Below, in pieces: positions 36,570-50,408 of a stretch of DNA of 64,000 nt. Position 1 is the first letter of the stretch; each line of letters starts with the position of its first letter. The notes under the pieces were generated by a model that was not told where the DNA came from, made no database searches, and saw nothing but the letters and a program-made list of their open reading frames with translations. The stretch comes from Octopus vulgaris (Eukaryota): positions 11,594,001 to 11,658,000 of the forward strand of contig OX597843.1 in assembly GCA_951406725.2 (NCBI GenBank). Direction: 5' to 3'. Made by a program: the position numbers and the translations under genes.

Positions 36570-39455
36570 AACATCCAACACCACTGCCATCACCAACATC
36601 GCTACCACCCCCCAACAACCAAACATCACCACCACTAACATCCCCACCACCACTACAGCTACTGCCATCACCAACACCACCACTGCTACCACCACCACTA
36701 CCAACAACCCATCACCACCATTGCTAGCACCATCACAACCACCACTGACATCATCACCACTACTACAACCAACAACAGAATCACCACCACCACCACCATC
36801 ACTGCCATCACCAACATCGCTACCACCCCCAGCATTGCTGCACCCACCAACAACCAAACATCACCACCACTAACATCCCCACCACCACTACAGCTACTAC
36901 CATCACCAACACCACCACTACCAACAACCCATCACCACCATTGCTACCACCATCACATGCATTACCACCACCGCAACCACCACTGACATCATCACCACTA
37001 CCACAACCAACAACAGCATCACCCCACCCCCACCACCACCACTGCCATCACCAACATCGCTACCACCCCCAGCATTGCTGCACCCACCAACAACCAAACA
37101 TCACCACCACTACAGCTACTGCCATCACCAACACCACCACTGCTACCACCACCACTGCTACCACCACCACCACTACCAACAACCCATCACCACCATTGCT
37201 AGCACCATCACATGCATTACCACCACCGCAACCACCACTGGCATCATCACCACTACCACAACCAACAACAGCATCACCACCACCACCACTGCCATCACTG
37301 CCATCACCAACATCGCTACCACCCCCGGCATCGCTACACCCACCAACAACAGCATCACCACCACCACCACCACCACTACCATCACCAACATCGCTACCAC
37401 CCCCAGCATCGCTACACCCACCAACAACCAAACATCACCACCACCACCACCACTACCATCACCAACATCGCTACCACCCCCACATCGCTACCACAACCTA
37501 CACCCACCAACAACCAAACATCACCAACACCACCACCACTACCATCACCAACATCGCTACCACCCCCAGCATCGCTACACCCACCAACAACCAAACATCA
37601 CCACCACCAACACCACTGCCATCACTACCACCCCCAGCATCGCTACACCCACCAACAACCAAACATCACCACCACCACCACCACTACCATCACCAACATC
37701 GCTACCACCCCCAGCATCGCTACACCCACCAAGAACCAAACATCACCATCACCAACACCACCACCACCACCACTGCCATCACCAACATCGCCTCCACCCC
37801 CAGCATCGCTACACCCACCAACAACCAAACATCACCACCACCACCACCACTGCCATCACTACCACCCCCAGCATCGCTACACCCACCAACAACCAAACAT
37901 CACCACCACCACCACCACTACCATCACCAACATCGCTACCACCCCCAGCATCGCTACACCCACCAAGAACCAAACATCACCAACACCACCACCACCACCA
38001 CTGCCATCACCAACATCGCTACCACCCCCAGCATCGCTACACCCACCAACAACCAAACATCACCACCACTGCCATCACTACCACCCCCAGCATCGCTACA
38101 CCCACCAACAACCAAACATCACCACCACCACCACCACTACCATCACCAACATCGCTACCACCCCCAGCATCGCTACACCCACCAACAACCAAACATCACC
38201 ACCACCACCACCACTACCATCACCAACATCGCTACCACCCCCAGCATCGCTACACCCACCAACAACCAAACATCACCACCACTGCCATCACACATGCACC
38301 ACCACCGCAACCACCACCCTCACCACCACCACTACCACCCTCAGCATCGCTACACCCACCAACAACCAAACATCACCACCACCACCACCACTACCATCAC
38401 CAACATCGCTACCACCCCCAGCATCGCTACACCCACCAACAACCAAACATCACCACCACCACCACCACCACCACCACTACCATCACCAACATCGCTACCA
38501 CCCCCAGCATCGCTACACCCACCAACAACCAAACATCACCACCACCACTACCATCACCAACATCGCTACCACCCCCAGCATCGCTACACCCACCAACAAC
38601 CAAACATCACCACCACCACCACCACTACCATCACCAACATCGCTACCACCCCCAGCATCGCTACACCCACCAACAACCAAACATCACCACCACCACCACC
38701 ACTACCATCACCAACATCGCTACCACCCCCAGCATCGCTACACCCACCAACAACCAAACATCACCACCGCAACCACCACTACCATCACCAACATCGCTAC
38801 CACCCACCCCCAGCATCACTACACCCACCAACAACCAAACATCACCACCACCACTACCATCACCAACATCGCTACACCACCCCCAGCATCGCTACACCCA
38901 CCAACAACCAAACATCACCACCACCACCACCACTACCATCACCAACATCGCTACCACCCCCAGCATCGCAACACCCACCAACAACCAAACATCACCAACA
39001 CCACCACCACTACCATCACCAACATCGCTACCACCCCCAGCATCGCTACACCCACCAACAACCAAACATCACCACCACCATCACCACTACCATCACCAAC
39101 ATCGCTACCACCCCCAGCATCGCTACACCCACCAACAACCAAACATCACCAACACCACCACCACTACCATCACCAACATCGCTACCACCCCCAGCATCGC
39201 TACACCCACCAACAACCAAACATCACCACCACCACCACCACTACCATCACCAACATCGCTACCACCCCCAGCATCACTACACCCACCAACAACCAAACAT
39301 CACCACCACCACCACCACTACCATCACCAACATCGCTACCACCCCCAGCATCGCTACACCCACCAACAACCAAACATCACCACCGCAACCACCACTGACA
39401 TCATCACCACCACCACCACTACCACCACCACTGCTACTACCACCACCATCACCAA
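36570..39455. repeat. C/A-rich compound minisatellite, unit about 70-76 bp with variable (CCA)n
   Basis: CCAACATCGCTACCACCCCCAGCATCGCTACACCCACCAACAACCAAACATCA repeated dozens of times in one intron. Confidence 0.93.
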
Positions 39456-39497
39456 GACTCTCCCAGCCCGCTCCTGTATAAAACAAAATTAACTCAC

Positions 39498-39657
39498 CTG
39501 TTGACTAAGCACCATCGTGTGTGCATAACCTGCAGCCAATTGTATTGTCCGGATCTCTTTGGCCGTAGGTAGACAGCTGACCAGCTTGGGGATGGACTGG
39601 TTTTCAGCATCACCGTGACCAAGCTGTCCGTGAACACCCCAACCCCATGTGAACACC
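39498..39657 (-). CDS. RCC1 repeat exon (VFTWGWGVHGQLGHG...AAGYAHTMVLSQQ)
   Basis: ctactctag acceptor, CAG|GTGAGT donor; 160 nt, phase 2/0. Confidence 0.95.
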
Positions 39658-40591
39658 CTAGAGTAGGGAACAACAAGAAACACAAAGAAGAAATTAGAAT
39701 TAATCAGTCGTTTCTATGAAGGGGAACCAGAAAGTTAGACAAAACAAGCAGTATTGCCCGGCGTTGCTCGGGTTTGTAAGGGAAATAACTATATAAGCAT
39801 TTTTAGAGAGTTATAGCAAAAAAATAGCAAAAAAATGCATTAAAAATGGAAAAAAAATTATGGTAAATTTTTTTTAAATCGTTGACTCATCGTACACATT
39901 TTTAGAGAGTTACTTCCCTTATATAATAGCGAAAAAAATGCATTAAAATGGAAAAAATGGTAAATTTTTTTTAAATCGTAGACTCATCGTAGACGCACAC
40001 TAATACCCAGAAGGGCTCGATATGAATCACGACTATAAGATACCCGGTTTTGGTTACACTGCACCGCAAAATGTGGGAGTAGTTAGGAATCTAAATCAGA
40101 GTAGACAGACACACACACAACCTCACTTTTATATATAAAGATAAATATTGCTTTATTTCCTGGCTATTATACTGTTTTTACATATGACTCTCTTCACTCT
40201 TTACTCTTTTACTTGTTTCAGTCATTTGACTGTGGCCATGCTGGAGCACCACCTTTTAGTCGAGCAAATCGACCCCAGGACTTATTCTTTGTAAGCCCAG
40301 TACTTATTCTATCGGATTCTCTTGCCGAGCCACTAAGTTACAGGGACATAAACACACCAGCATCGGTTGTCAAGCAATGTTGGGGGGGAAACACACAAAC
40401 ATATACACATACACACATATATATATATATACATATATGTATATATATATATATACGACGGGCTTCTTTCAGCTTCCGACTACCAAATCCACTCACATGG
40501 CTTTGGTCAGCCCGAGGCTATAGTAGAAGACACTTGCTCCTGAACCCGGAACCATGTGGTTCGTAAGCAAGCTACTTGCCACACAGCCACT

Positions 40592-40626
<35 letters not shown>

Positions 40627-41129
40627 GACTGGCTTCTTTCAGTTTCCGACTACCAAATCCACTCACAACGCTTTGGTCAGCCCAAGGCTATAGTAGAAGA
40701 CACTTGCCCAAGGTGCCACGCAGTGGGACTGAACCTGGAACCATGTGGTTCGTAAGCAAGCTACTTACCACACAGCCACTCCTACGCCTATGGCGGTCAC
40801 AATGAATTGAAATTTACTGCATTTTTGACTGTAGCCTCAAGCCAATCTTGTCAGTGGATTTGGTAGACGGAAACTGAAAGAAGCCTGTCACATACACATG
40901 TGTGTGTGTGTGTGTGTGTACATATGTGCGTGTGTGCTTACTTGTGTGTGCGTGTGTTTGTGTGTGTATGTCCCCCCCCCCACTTATCATAGCTTGACAA
41001 ATGGTTTTAGTGTCTTTACATCCCTGTAACTGAACAGTTCGGCAAAGAGACCGATAGAAAAAGTACCAGAACTTAAAAAGTGAGTCCTTCTTGTCTTGTC
41101 TTGAGACAGCATTCACCCAGGGTGGGCTG

Positions 41130-42212
41130 AGCTGGCTTCATTCATCCTCAATGCTGCATCTCTCACAAACACTGACCAGGCCTGGCGATTTGAGGCTAAC
41201 GACCACGTAATCTCCAACCATTCCCTATTCCAGCAGCGAGTGCCATAGACATGGGTAGGCCTAGGTTGGGTTCCAGATCAGCCTTGACTATCATCAGCCA
41301 GGTTTTTCGTTGTCCACCACATCGCTTTCACCAACACTGAAGGGGAGCTGAGGCAATTGCTTCGTAGGTTGGGTTCCAGATCAGCCTTGACTGTCAACAG
41401 CCATGTTTTTCGTTGTCCACCACATCGCTTTCACCAACCCTGAAGGGGAGCTGGGACAATTGCTTCGTAGGTTGGGTTCCAGATCAGCCTTGACTGTCAT
41501 CAGCCAGGTTTTTCATTGTCCACCACATCGCTTTCGCCAACCCTGAAGGGGAGCTGGGGCAATTGCTTCGTAGGTTGGGTTCCAGATCAGCCTTGACTGT
41601 CATCAGCCAGGTTTTTCGTTGTCCACCACATCGCTTTCACCAACCCTGAAGGGGAGCTGGGGCAATTGCTTCGTAGGTTGGGTTCCAGATCAGCCTTGAC
41701 TGTCATCAGCCAGGTTTTTCGTTGTCCACCACATCGCTTTTGCCAACACTGAAGGGGATCTGGAGCAATTGCTTCGTAGGTTGGGTTCCAGATCAGCCTT
41801 GACTGTCATCAGCCAGGTTTTTCATTGTCCACCACATCGCTTTTGCCAACCCTGAAGGGGAGCTGGGGCAATTGCTTCGTAGGTTGGGTTCCAGATCAGC
41901 CTTGACTGTCATCAGCCAGGTTTTTCGTTGTCCACCACATCGCTCTTGCCAACCCTGAAGGGGAGCTGGGGCAATTGCTTCGTAGGTTGGGTCCCAGATC
42001 AGCCAGGTTTTTCGTTGTCCACCACATCGCTTTCACCAACCCTGAAGGGGAGCTGGGGCAATTGCTTCGAAGGTTGGGTTCCTGTCATCAGCCAGGTTTT
42101 TCATAGTCCACCACATCGCTTTCACCAACCCTGAAGGGGAGCTGGGGCAATTGCTTCGTAGATGAATTCTCCTGGTTGACGAATGACGGAGGGCATGACC
42201 CAGCCGACTGCG
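41130..42212 (-). repeat. RTE-clade LINE 3' fragment with an internal 103-bp tandem array (about 9 copies)
   Basis: TAGGTTGGG recurs at 41262, 41365, 41468, 41571 and onward; minus strand reads GWxKRCGGQRKTWLMTVKADLEP; flank reads LASNRQAWSVFVRDA. Confidence 0.85.
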
Positions 42213-42334
42213 GTCAAATTGCTTAACAAAAACACTTCAAGGAGGTGCTCCAGCATGGCAACAGTCAAACGACAAACAAATAAAAGGATAAAACAACAAT
42301 AACAACAACAACAAGAACGAAAACAGCTACTCAC

Positions 42335-42492
42335 TTCCCATCGTTGGTCAACGCAACTGAATGGTATTGTCCACAGACCAAACTGACACAACACTCTGAG
42401 GACAGACTCTCCACAAGCATTGGTCGAGTGTAGTAGTGATGATAGGTACCAACACCAACCTGGCCATATTTGGAAGATCCCCAGCTGTATAC
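42335..42492 (-). CDS. RCC1 repeat exon (VYSWGSSKYGQVGVG...VCGQYHSVALTNDG)
   Basis: tcttttatag acceptor, AA|GTGAGT donor; 158 nt, phase 0/2. Confidence 0.94.
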
Positions 42493-42618
42493 CTATAAAA
42501 GAGAATGACACCTTAATGACAGCAGCAAGAAGATCAATAATAAACCAATGAGGGAGCTTCTCGAAGAAGATAAACATATTGACACCAGGTGTCAAGCGAT
42601 GATGGGGGGGGGATGAAT

Positions 42619-43035
42619 ACTCTCTTTACTCTTTTACTTGTTTCAGTCATTTGACTGCGGCCATGCTGGAGCACCGCCTTTTTAGTCGAGCAACTCGACC
42701 CCGGGACTTATTCTTTTTGTAAGCCCAGTACTTATTCTATCGGTCTCTTTTCGCCGAACCGCTAAGTGACGGGGACGTAAACACACCAGCATCAGTTGTC
42801 AAGCAATGCTAGGGGAACAAACACAGACACACAAACACACACACGCATATATATATATATATATATATACGATGGGCTTCTTTCAGTTTCCGTCTACCAA
42901 ATCCACTCACAAGGCTTTGGTCGGCCCAAGGCTATAGTAGAAGACACTTGCCAAAAGGTGCCATGCAGTGGGACTGAACCCGGAACCATGTGGTTTGTAA
43001 GCAACCTACTTACCACACAGCCACTCCTGCGCCTG
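42619..43035 (-). mobile_element. CORE-type SINE, full-length copy
   Basis: Same family as 595-998, reverse orientation. Confidence 0.85.
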
Positions 43036-43293
43036 TAATGGACATTTTCATAAAAGGGCTGCTAAAGCAGACGTCAAATCACATTGTAGTCTCTTAAAGA
43101 ATAGACATATTCCACAGTGTCCATACATTATGTCCACAAGAAGACTGGATGGTCACAGCTGGAAGGCCTTTCATCATATGTCTGCTAAATCAGACCTCAA
43201 ACCACATATAGTAAGAAGCTTCCCAACCACATGGCTCCAGGTTCGTAAAATCAAAAAAGCAGAAAAAACAAGTAAAGTAAAAGTCGTCCTTAC

Positions 43294-43429
43294 CCCTTGA
43301 GAGCTGAGGGCTAAGATGTGTTCACCGCCACAGGTGACACTAGTCACACATATCTTCAACATGTGAAGGGTCTCCACACGGCTGACAGGCATCACAGTAT
43401 CCTCAGACGTCAGGTCTCCATGGCCAAGG
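43294..43429 (-). CDS. RCC1 repeat exon (LGHGDLT...VTCGGEHILALSSQG)
   Basis: gtccatag acceptor, GGG|GTAAGG donor; 136 nt, phase 2/0; CGxxH RCC1 motif. Confidence 0.93.
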
Positions 43430-44571
43430 CTATGGACATGAAAGAAAATGAAAAAGAAAAAGAAATAACTATACATTGAGGGTATGCCCCGACATATCTC
43501 CAGCCATCATTCTCTCTCCCCTTTCTTGGGCTTGCCATGGATTTCTACAGCAAGACACTTATCTCTGTTCCCTCTATTATACTTTAACCCCTCATCAACT
43601 GGCACAAAGCCTCCTCTTTCAATACTACTTCAGCTCCCAATCAAAGGGTCCTGCAAGTTACTTGGTGACCTCACCAGTGCTGGTGCCACAAGAAAAGCAC
43701 CCAGTACATGTCAAGTCATTGGAATTAGAAAAGCATCCAACCACAGACCATAGAGCTTGGCACAGTCCAGTTTGCCAGCTCCTGTCAAACCATCCAACCC
43801 ATGTCAGCATGGAAAATGGATGATAAATGATGAGATATATATATATATAAAGGGATGGTGAAAAATTCCTGGCTTTGAGTAAAAGAAAATACAGGAGGCC
43901 CAGTTAATAATGATTTTATTGAACACTAGCAGTATCGCCCGGCATTGCTCGGGTTTGTAAGGGAAATAACTATAAAGCATTTTTAGAGAGTTATAGCAAA
44001 AAAATAGCAAAAAATGCATTAAAAATGGAAAAAAAATTATTGTAAATTTTTTTTTAAATCGTTGACTCATCGTAGACATTTTTAGAGAGTTACTTCCCTT
44101 ATATTTTAAAAAAATATGCATTAAAATGGAAAAAAATTATGATAAATTATTTTTAAAATTGTAGACTCATCGTAGACGTGCGCTAATACCCAGAAGGGCT
44201 TGATATGAATCACGACTATAAGATACCCGGTTTTGGTTAAAGTGCACCGCAAAATGTGGCAGTAGTTAGGAATCTAAATCGGAGTAGACAGACACACAAC
44301 CTTTCTTTTATATATAAAGATATTCCCCTCTCAGATTCACACACTTATTGCAGCAGTCTTTCAGTTTTTCTAAGCCCTGCAAAAGAACTCGGAAGGTTGG
44401 GCCCTCAATCAGGCTTTTCACAATACCTTTAAAACCAGGAACATTTTAGTACGTTTTACCCCTGCACTACCGTTAACAATAAAATGAAGGCAGAGATCTT
44501 CAACCATGGTGCAGTGGGGTATCACAGATACGGCAGCACCAAAGTTGCAAGAATTTTCAAGAGTTACTTAC

Positions 44572-44705
44572 CAACCAGAGTTGGACTTTCCCCAGGTGTA
44601 GAGGTCACCGTTGCGCACCATGGCTACATAACCATTCCCACATCCAATAAAAGACGGCTGAAGTGACAGGAAAGATTCAGATTTTGTGGCCATCTCTTCT
44701 GCAAA
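44572..44705 (-). CDS. RCC1/Claret-like gene exon, start of RCC1 repeats (IGCGNGYVAMVRNGDLYTWGKSNSG)
   Basis: tttcag acceptor, TG|GTAAGT donor; 134 nt, phase 0/2. Confidence 0.92.
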
Positions 44706-44859
44706 CTGAAATGTTTAGAAAGACAAAGTAATAAAAGGTGTAGTCACATACTACCTCCCATACTGTAAATCATTACTACCACTGCAACGTACATCGCATG
44801 CTTCGACAACATGTTTCCATTACAAAATATGTCCAACACACCTATACCACCACACTGCA

Positions 44860-45310
44860 ACCACCGCAACTACAACACTACAACTGCCACATATGTCACC
44901 ACCACTACACTACAACCACCGCAACCACAAAACTACAACTGCCACATATGTCACCACCACCACCACACCGCAACCGCAAAACTACAACTGCCACATATGT
45001 CACCACCACTACACTACAACCACAACGCTACAACTGCCACATATGTCACCACCACCACACTACAACCACCGCAACCACAAAACTACAACTGCCACATATG
45101 TCACCACCACTACACTACAACCACAACGCTACAACTGCCACATATGTCACCACCACCACACTACAACCACCGCAACCACAAAACTACAACTGCCACATAT
45201 GTCACCACCACTACACTACAACCACCGCAACCACAACACTAAAACTACCACATATATCACCACCACTACACTACAACACTACAACTGCCACATATGTCAC
45301 CACTTCACTA
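44860..45310. repeat. About 46-55-bp minisatellite (CTACAACTGCCACATATGTCACCACC...)
   Basis: Tandem copies visible; paralogous array at about 48320-48810 and a short copy at about 47510-47585. Confidence 0.9.
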
Positions 45311-45951
45311 TAAGCACCGCACTACAACTACCACTCATGTCAGCACCACCACACAACACTACCACACATCATTATCACTACGACCAGCACACCACACTAC
45401 CACTACATGTCATTACCCACACACATTACGGCACCCTCACAAGCACACTACCACCACCACTACAGTATATCCACACTACCATACAGCATGTCCTCATCAT
45501 CTCACAATCAAGAGATATGGTAGAAGACACCTGCCCAAGGTGAGATAAGTTAATTTTTTGGCTCAAAAAGCAAAAAGCAAGGCCATGTAGGGAGACATGG
45601 AGTTATGTACAGGGAGGGTGTTCATTCAAAGAGTTCAGGCCATTTCTGGTCAAGAGAGACTTTGAACCGAGCAGTCGTCGGCATCTTCACTATCTCGTCC
45701 GGCAGCTTATTCCACGGATCCGCAACCGGGACGGAGAACGCTCTCCTCCTTCGATTGAGATGAAATCATCGCAGATAGAGCTTTTCGGAGTGACCCCCGC
45801 AGCCGATGCTCTGGAGCAGGAGTGAAGAACAGCTCTTTCGAGAGGTTACACTTTCCGCTTATGATGTTGTGAGTAAGAATGAGATCACCACGGCGTCGGC
45901 GTTTTTCTAAAACCAACAAGGTAATCCCGAGGGTTTCGCCATGTTACTTAC

Positions 45952-46098
45952 CGTTAAGTGTTCAGAAATGAAAGGCCGTGGCTGCAATTCCCGACACAGA
46001 TTGGCAGAGGACATCTCACTGTCCCGTCTCTTGTTTAGCAGTAGGAGGAGGTCAAAGAAGAAGTCTACCATCTTCTGCGTTGATGCTAGAGACATCTC
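45952..46098 (-). CDS. RCC1/Claret-like gene exon (EMSLASTQKMVDFFFDLLLLLNKRR...SEHLT)
   Basis: ttattccag acceptor, ACG|GTAAGT donor; 147 nt, phase 0/0. Confidence 0.88.
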
Positions 46099-46650
46099 CT
46101 GGAATAAACGATAGAGGGAGAGATGAAGTGAGAGGGAGAGATGTATTATGATGGAGAGTGATGGAAGGGGAGAGCAATGGAAAGCAAGAATGATAAAAGA
46201 GGGTGGGAGAAAGAGAGATGGAGACAATGAGATAAAGAGAGAAATCGATAATGATGGAGAGGAGAGCAATGAAAAGTGGGAGTGATAAAGGAGAGCAATG
46301 GATAATGATGGAGAGGGCAATGAAAAGTGGGAGTCATAAAGGAGAGCAATGGAACTGAGGATAAGAGGGGGAAAGAAAGAGATGGAGAGAGTTTATAGAG
46401 AGAGAGGAGAGATGGATAATGATGAAGGGGAGAGTGACAAGGAAAGAGCAGTGGAGAGAAAGCATGATACAAAAGGAGAGCATCATACAGAGTGATAGAA
46501 GAGGAGAGCAACAGAGAAGGAGAGTGATGCAAAGGGAGAGCAAAGTTGATAAAAAGGAAGAGCAAGAGTGAGGGATGCAGAGGAAAAGCAGTGGATAGGA
46601 AGATCACTAGAAAAGGAGACCCATGAAAGTATAGAAATCAATGATATATA

Positions 46651-47044
46651 TACTCTCTTTACTCTTTTACTTGTTTCAGTCATTTGACTGTGGCCATGCT
46701 GGAGCACCACCTTTAGTCGAGCAAATCGACCCCGGGACTTATTCTTTGTAAGCCCAGTACTTATTCTATCGGTCTCTTTTGCCGAACCGCTAAGTGACGG
46801 GGACGTAAACACACTAGCATCGGTTGTCAGGCAATGCTAGGGGGACAAACACACACACACACATACATATATATACATATATACGACAGGCGTCTTTCAG
46901 TTTCCGTCTACCAAATCCACTCACAGGGCATTGGTCGGCCCGGGGCTATAGCAGAAGACACTTGCCCAAGATGCCACGCAGTGGGACTGAACCCGGAACC
47001 ATGTGGTTGGTTAGCAAGCTACTTACCACACAGCCACTCCTGCG

Positions 47045-47047
<3 letters not shown>
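46651..47047 (-). mobile_element. CORE-type SINE, full-length copy
   Basis: Same family as 595-998. Confidence 0.85.
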
Positions 47048-47093
<46 letters not shown>

Positions 47094-47625
47094 TACACAT
47101 ACAGTATATTACAAGCTATAGAAAATATTTTCAAAATATGTAAAGAATTCATTTAACAATAAAGCTATCATCCTTTTCTGATGACAGCCATATACTGGTA
47201 TGGATGTATCTATATCATTATCATCATCCAGTGTTTTAAATCCAGGTTTTGCCCCCATTAACAGGGGTGGCCAGATCTACCTTAATGCCATAGCAACTGA
47301 GATAGGCAGGTGCAGGCCACTCCAACCTTTGGGCTGGCTGGTGTCCATTCTCCTTTGCTATCATGAGGCTTTTCTAGAGCAGGAAGATTTTCTACAGCCA
47401 GATGCCTTTCTTACCTTCTTATCGGTTTCCAAGCGACATACATCACATGCTTCGACAACAGGTTTCCATTATAAACTGTGGTGGAAAACTAGCTCAGGAA
47501 GGTAAGGCCACTACACTACAACCACAACTGCCACATATGTCACCACCACCACACTACAACCACCACAACCGCAAAACTACAACTGAATAAACCCCTACAC
47601 TTTTTTCTTTAAGCCTGGTCTTAAA

Positions 47626-47915
47626 GGGATGGAGGGAGGGATAGATAGAGGGATGGGGGAGGGATAGATAGAGGGATGGGGGAGGGATAGATAGAGGGAT
47701 GGAGGGAGGGATAGATAGAGGGATGGAGGGAGGGATAGATAGAGGGATAGATAGAGGGATGGAGGGAGGGATAGATAGAGGGATGGAGGGAGGGATAGAT
47801 AGAGGGATGGAAGGAGGGATAGATAGATAGATAGAGGGATGGAGGGAGGGAGGGATAGATAGAGGGATGGAGGGAGGGAGGGATAGATAGAGGGATGGAG
47901 AGAGGGATGGATGGA
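47626..47915. repeat. Purine-rich 24-bp minisatellite (GAGGGATGGAGGGAGGGATAGATA)
   Basis: Direct reading; starts about 20 nt downstream of the 64-nt exon donor. Confidence 0.9.
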
Positions 47916-47933
47916 TATAAACAATTTACTTAC

Positions 47934-47997
47934 AGGGTTTGGCATTTCTCCAAAGTTCTGTGACACCAAGGAACTTCGAGATGTTTGACTGAAAGTT
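47934..47997 (-). CDS. RCC1/Claret-like gene small exon (TFSQTSRSSLVSQNFGEMPNP)
   Basis: tttcttgcag acceptor, CCT|GTAAGT donor; 64 nt, phase 2/0, needed to bridge the flanking exon phases. Confidence 0.82.
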
Positions 47998-48319
47998 CTG
48001 CAAGAAACAAAACATACGGAATTAAAAACTAAGTCGTAAATATGTTTAAGGTTTAATGCGAAGTCAGAGGTCCGTAGCCATGAGTTTCACATACCTCACC
48101 TCTCCCCCAGATTGGTGAGGTTTATGTGATCGATGATCAGCTGGAACACAAACAGGCTGACATCATACAAATGTCTTGTTTTCATAAGTCTTGAATTAAA
48201 ATCTTCCACCAAACCTTAGTCACAATTTATGTTCCTAACACTAGCATCACATGCTTCGACAACATGTTTCCATTATAAACTATGTCCAACACACCTATGC
48301 CACCACTTCATATGTCCTC

Positions 48320-48810
48320 ACCACTACACTACAACCACCGCAACCACAACTGCTACGTATGTCACCACCACCACATTACAACCACTGCAACCGCAAAACT
48401 ACAACTGCCACATATGTCACCACCACCACACTACAACCACCGCAACCGCAAAACTACAACTGCCACATATGTCACCACCACCACACTACAACCACTGCAA
48501 CCGCAAAACTACAACTGCCACATATGTCACCACCACCACACTACAACCACTGCAACCGCAAAACTACAACTGCCACATATGTCACCACCACCACACTACA
48601 ACCACCGCAACCGCAAAACTACAACTGCCACATATGTCACCACCACCACACTACTACCACTGCAACCGCAAAACTACAACTGCCACATATGTCACCACCA
48701 CCACACTACTACCACTGCAACCGCAAAAACTACAACTGCCACATATGTCACCACCACCACACTACTACCACTGCAACCGCAAAACTACAACTGCCACATA
48801 TGTCGCCACG
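48320..48810. repeat. 55-bp minisatellite
   Basis: CATATGTCAC at 48411, 48466, 48521 and onward. Confidence 0.9.
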
Positions 48811-49501
48811 ACCTAATGTATACATTTTTTTTTTTCAATTTCCATGCAAAAAAAATATTTTTTAAATATTTATTTTCAATCTGTATATCAGGAAGAATAC
48901 GTACACAAATTATTTCGGATCAGTTCTGATTTATTACTAAGTTACTGATAGAAATGATAATTAACCCTTTTGTTACTAACCTGGCCAAAACCGGCTCTGG
49001 CTCTGTGGTAAAATGTCTTGTTTTCATAAGTTTTGAATTAGAATCTTCCACCAAACCGTAGTCACAATTTACGTTCCTAGGCACCAGGCCCAGTCTGATC
49101 TGGCAATGTTTCTATGGCTGGATGCCCTTCCTAACGCCAGCCACTCCGTGAGTTTAGTGGATGCTTTTTACGTGCCAACTGCACAGGTGCCAGACGATGC
49201 TGGCAAACGGCCATGATCGGATGATGCTTTTTACGTGCCACCTGCACGGGGGCCAGACGAGGCTGGCAACGGCCACAATCGGATGGTGCATTTTACATGC
49301 CACCGGTACGGAGGCCAGTCGGGGCGACGCTGGCAACGGCCACGTTCAGATGGTTCTCTTACGTGCCATCATATTTTTAAAATATTTATTTTGAATCTGT
49401 ATATAAGGAAGAATACGTACAAAAATTATTTCGGATCATTTCTGATTTATTATGAAGTTTTTGATAGAAATGATAGTTAAGGACAGAAAATGGTAAGAAC
49501 A

Positions 49502-49655
49502 AGTGGCTGTGTGGTAAGTAGCTTGCTAACCAACCACATGGTTGCGGGTTCAGTCCCACTGCGTGGCATCTTGGGCAAGTGTCTTCTGCTATAGCCCCGG
49601 GCCGACCAATGCCTTGTGAGTGGATTCGGTAGACGGAAACTGAAAGAAGCCAATC

Positions 49656-49694
<39 letters not shown>

Positions 49695-49898
49695 TGTGTG
49701 TATGTTTGTCCCCCTAGCATTGCTTGACAACCGATGCTGGTGCGTTTATGTCCCCGTTACTTAGCGGTTCGGCAAAATAGACCGATAGAATAAGTACTGG
49801 GCTTACAAAAGAATAAGCCCCTGGGTCGAGTTGCTCAATTAAAGGCGGTGCTCCAGCATGGCCACAGTCAAATGACTGAAACAAGTAAAAGAGTAAAG
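49502..49898 (+). mobile_element. CORE-type SINE copy
   Basis: Same family as 595-998. Confidence 0.85.
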
Positions 49899-50408
49899 AG
49901 AAGTATTTCGGGTTAGAAATAAGTGACAAATGCCCCAGAGTACAATGAACGTATATTTTCATCCAGATACATATTTATTTGACATCTCTCAACGAAAATA
50001 TATAGGATTACATGTTAAGAGGTTAATATTTCCCCATGGCCAGTCATGTTTTCAGAGAATATTGGTCACAAATTTTAGCCCAAGGCCAACAGCTTCAGTA
50101 AAAGAGCTAAGCTGATTACACTGACCCCAGTTCCCAACTGGTACTCATTTTATCAACGCCGAAAGAATGAATAGCAAAGTAGACCCCAGTGGCATTTGAA
50201 CTGAGGATATAAAAACTGACAAAATGCTGCTAAGCTTTTTGCCTGCTGTACTAACTATTCTGTTAGCTTGTTGCCTTTTCACAGAATATTGGAAGTGAAT
50301 GACGTTCACTTATTACAATCACACATCAAGTCAAGAACACACAAACACACATACATCCTCTCTCTTTCTCACACGTACAGCAGTTTCTTGCAATACATAC
50401 ATCTAAAG

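Noticed and set aside
36941-39492. ORFs of 728-846 aa in all three plus frames
   Set aside because: A T-poor C/A minisatellite lacks stop codons by composition; products are low-complexity P/T/H; the region is an intron of the opposite-strand gene.
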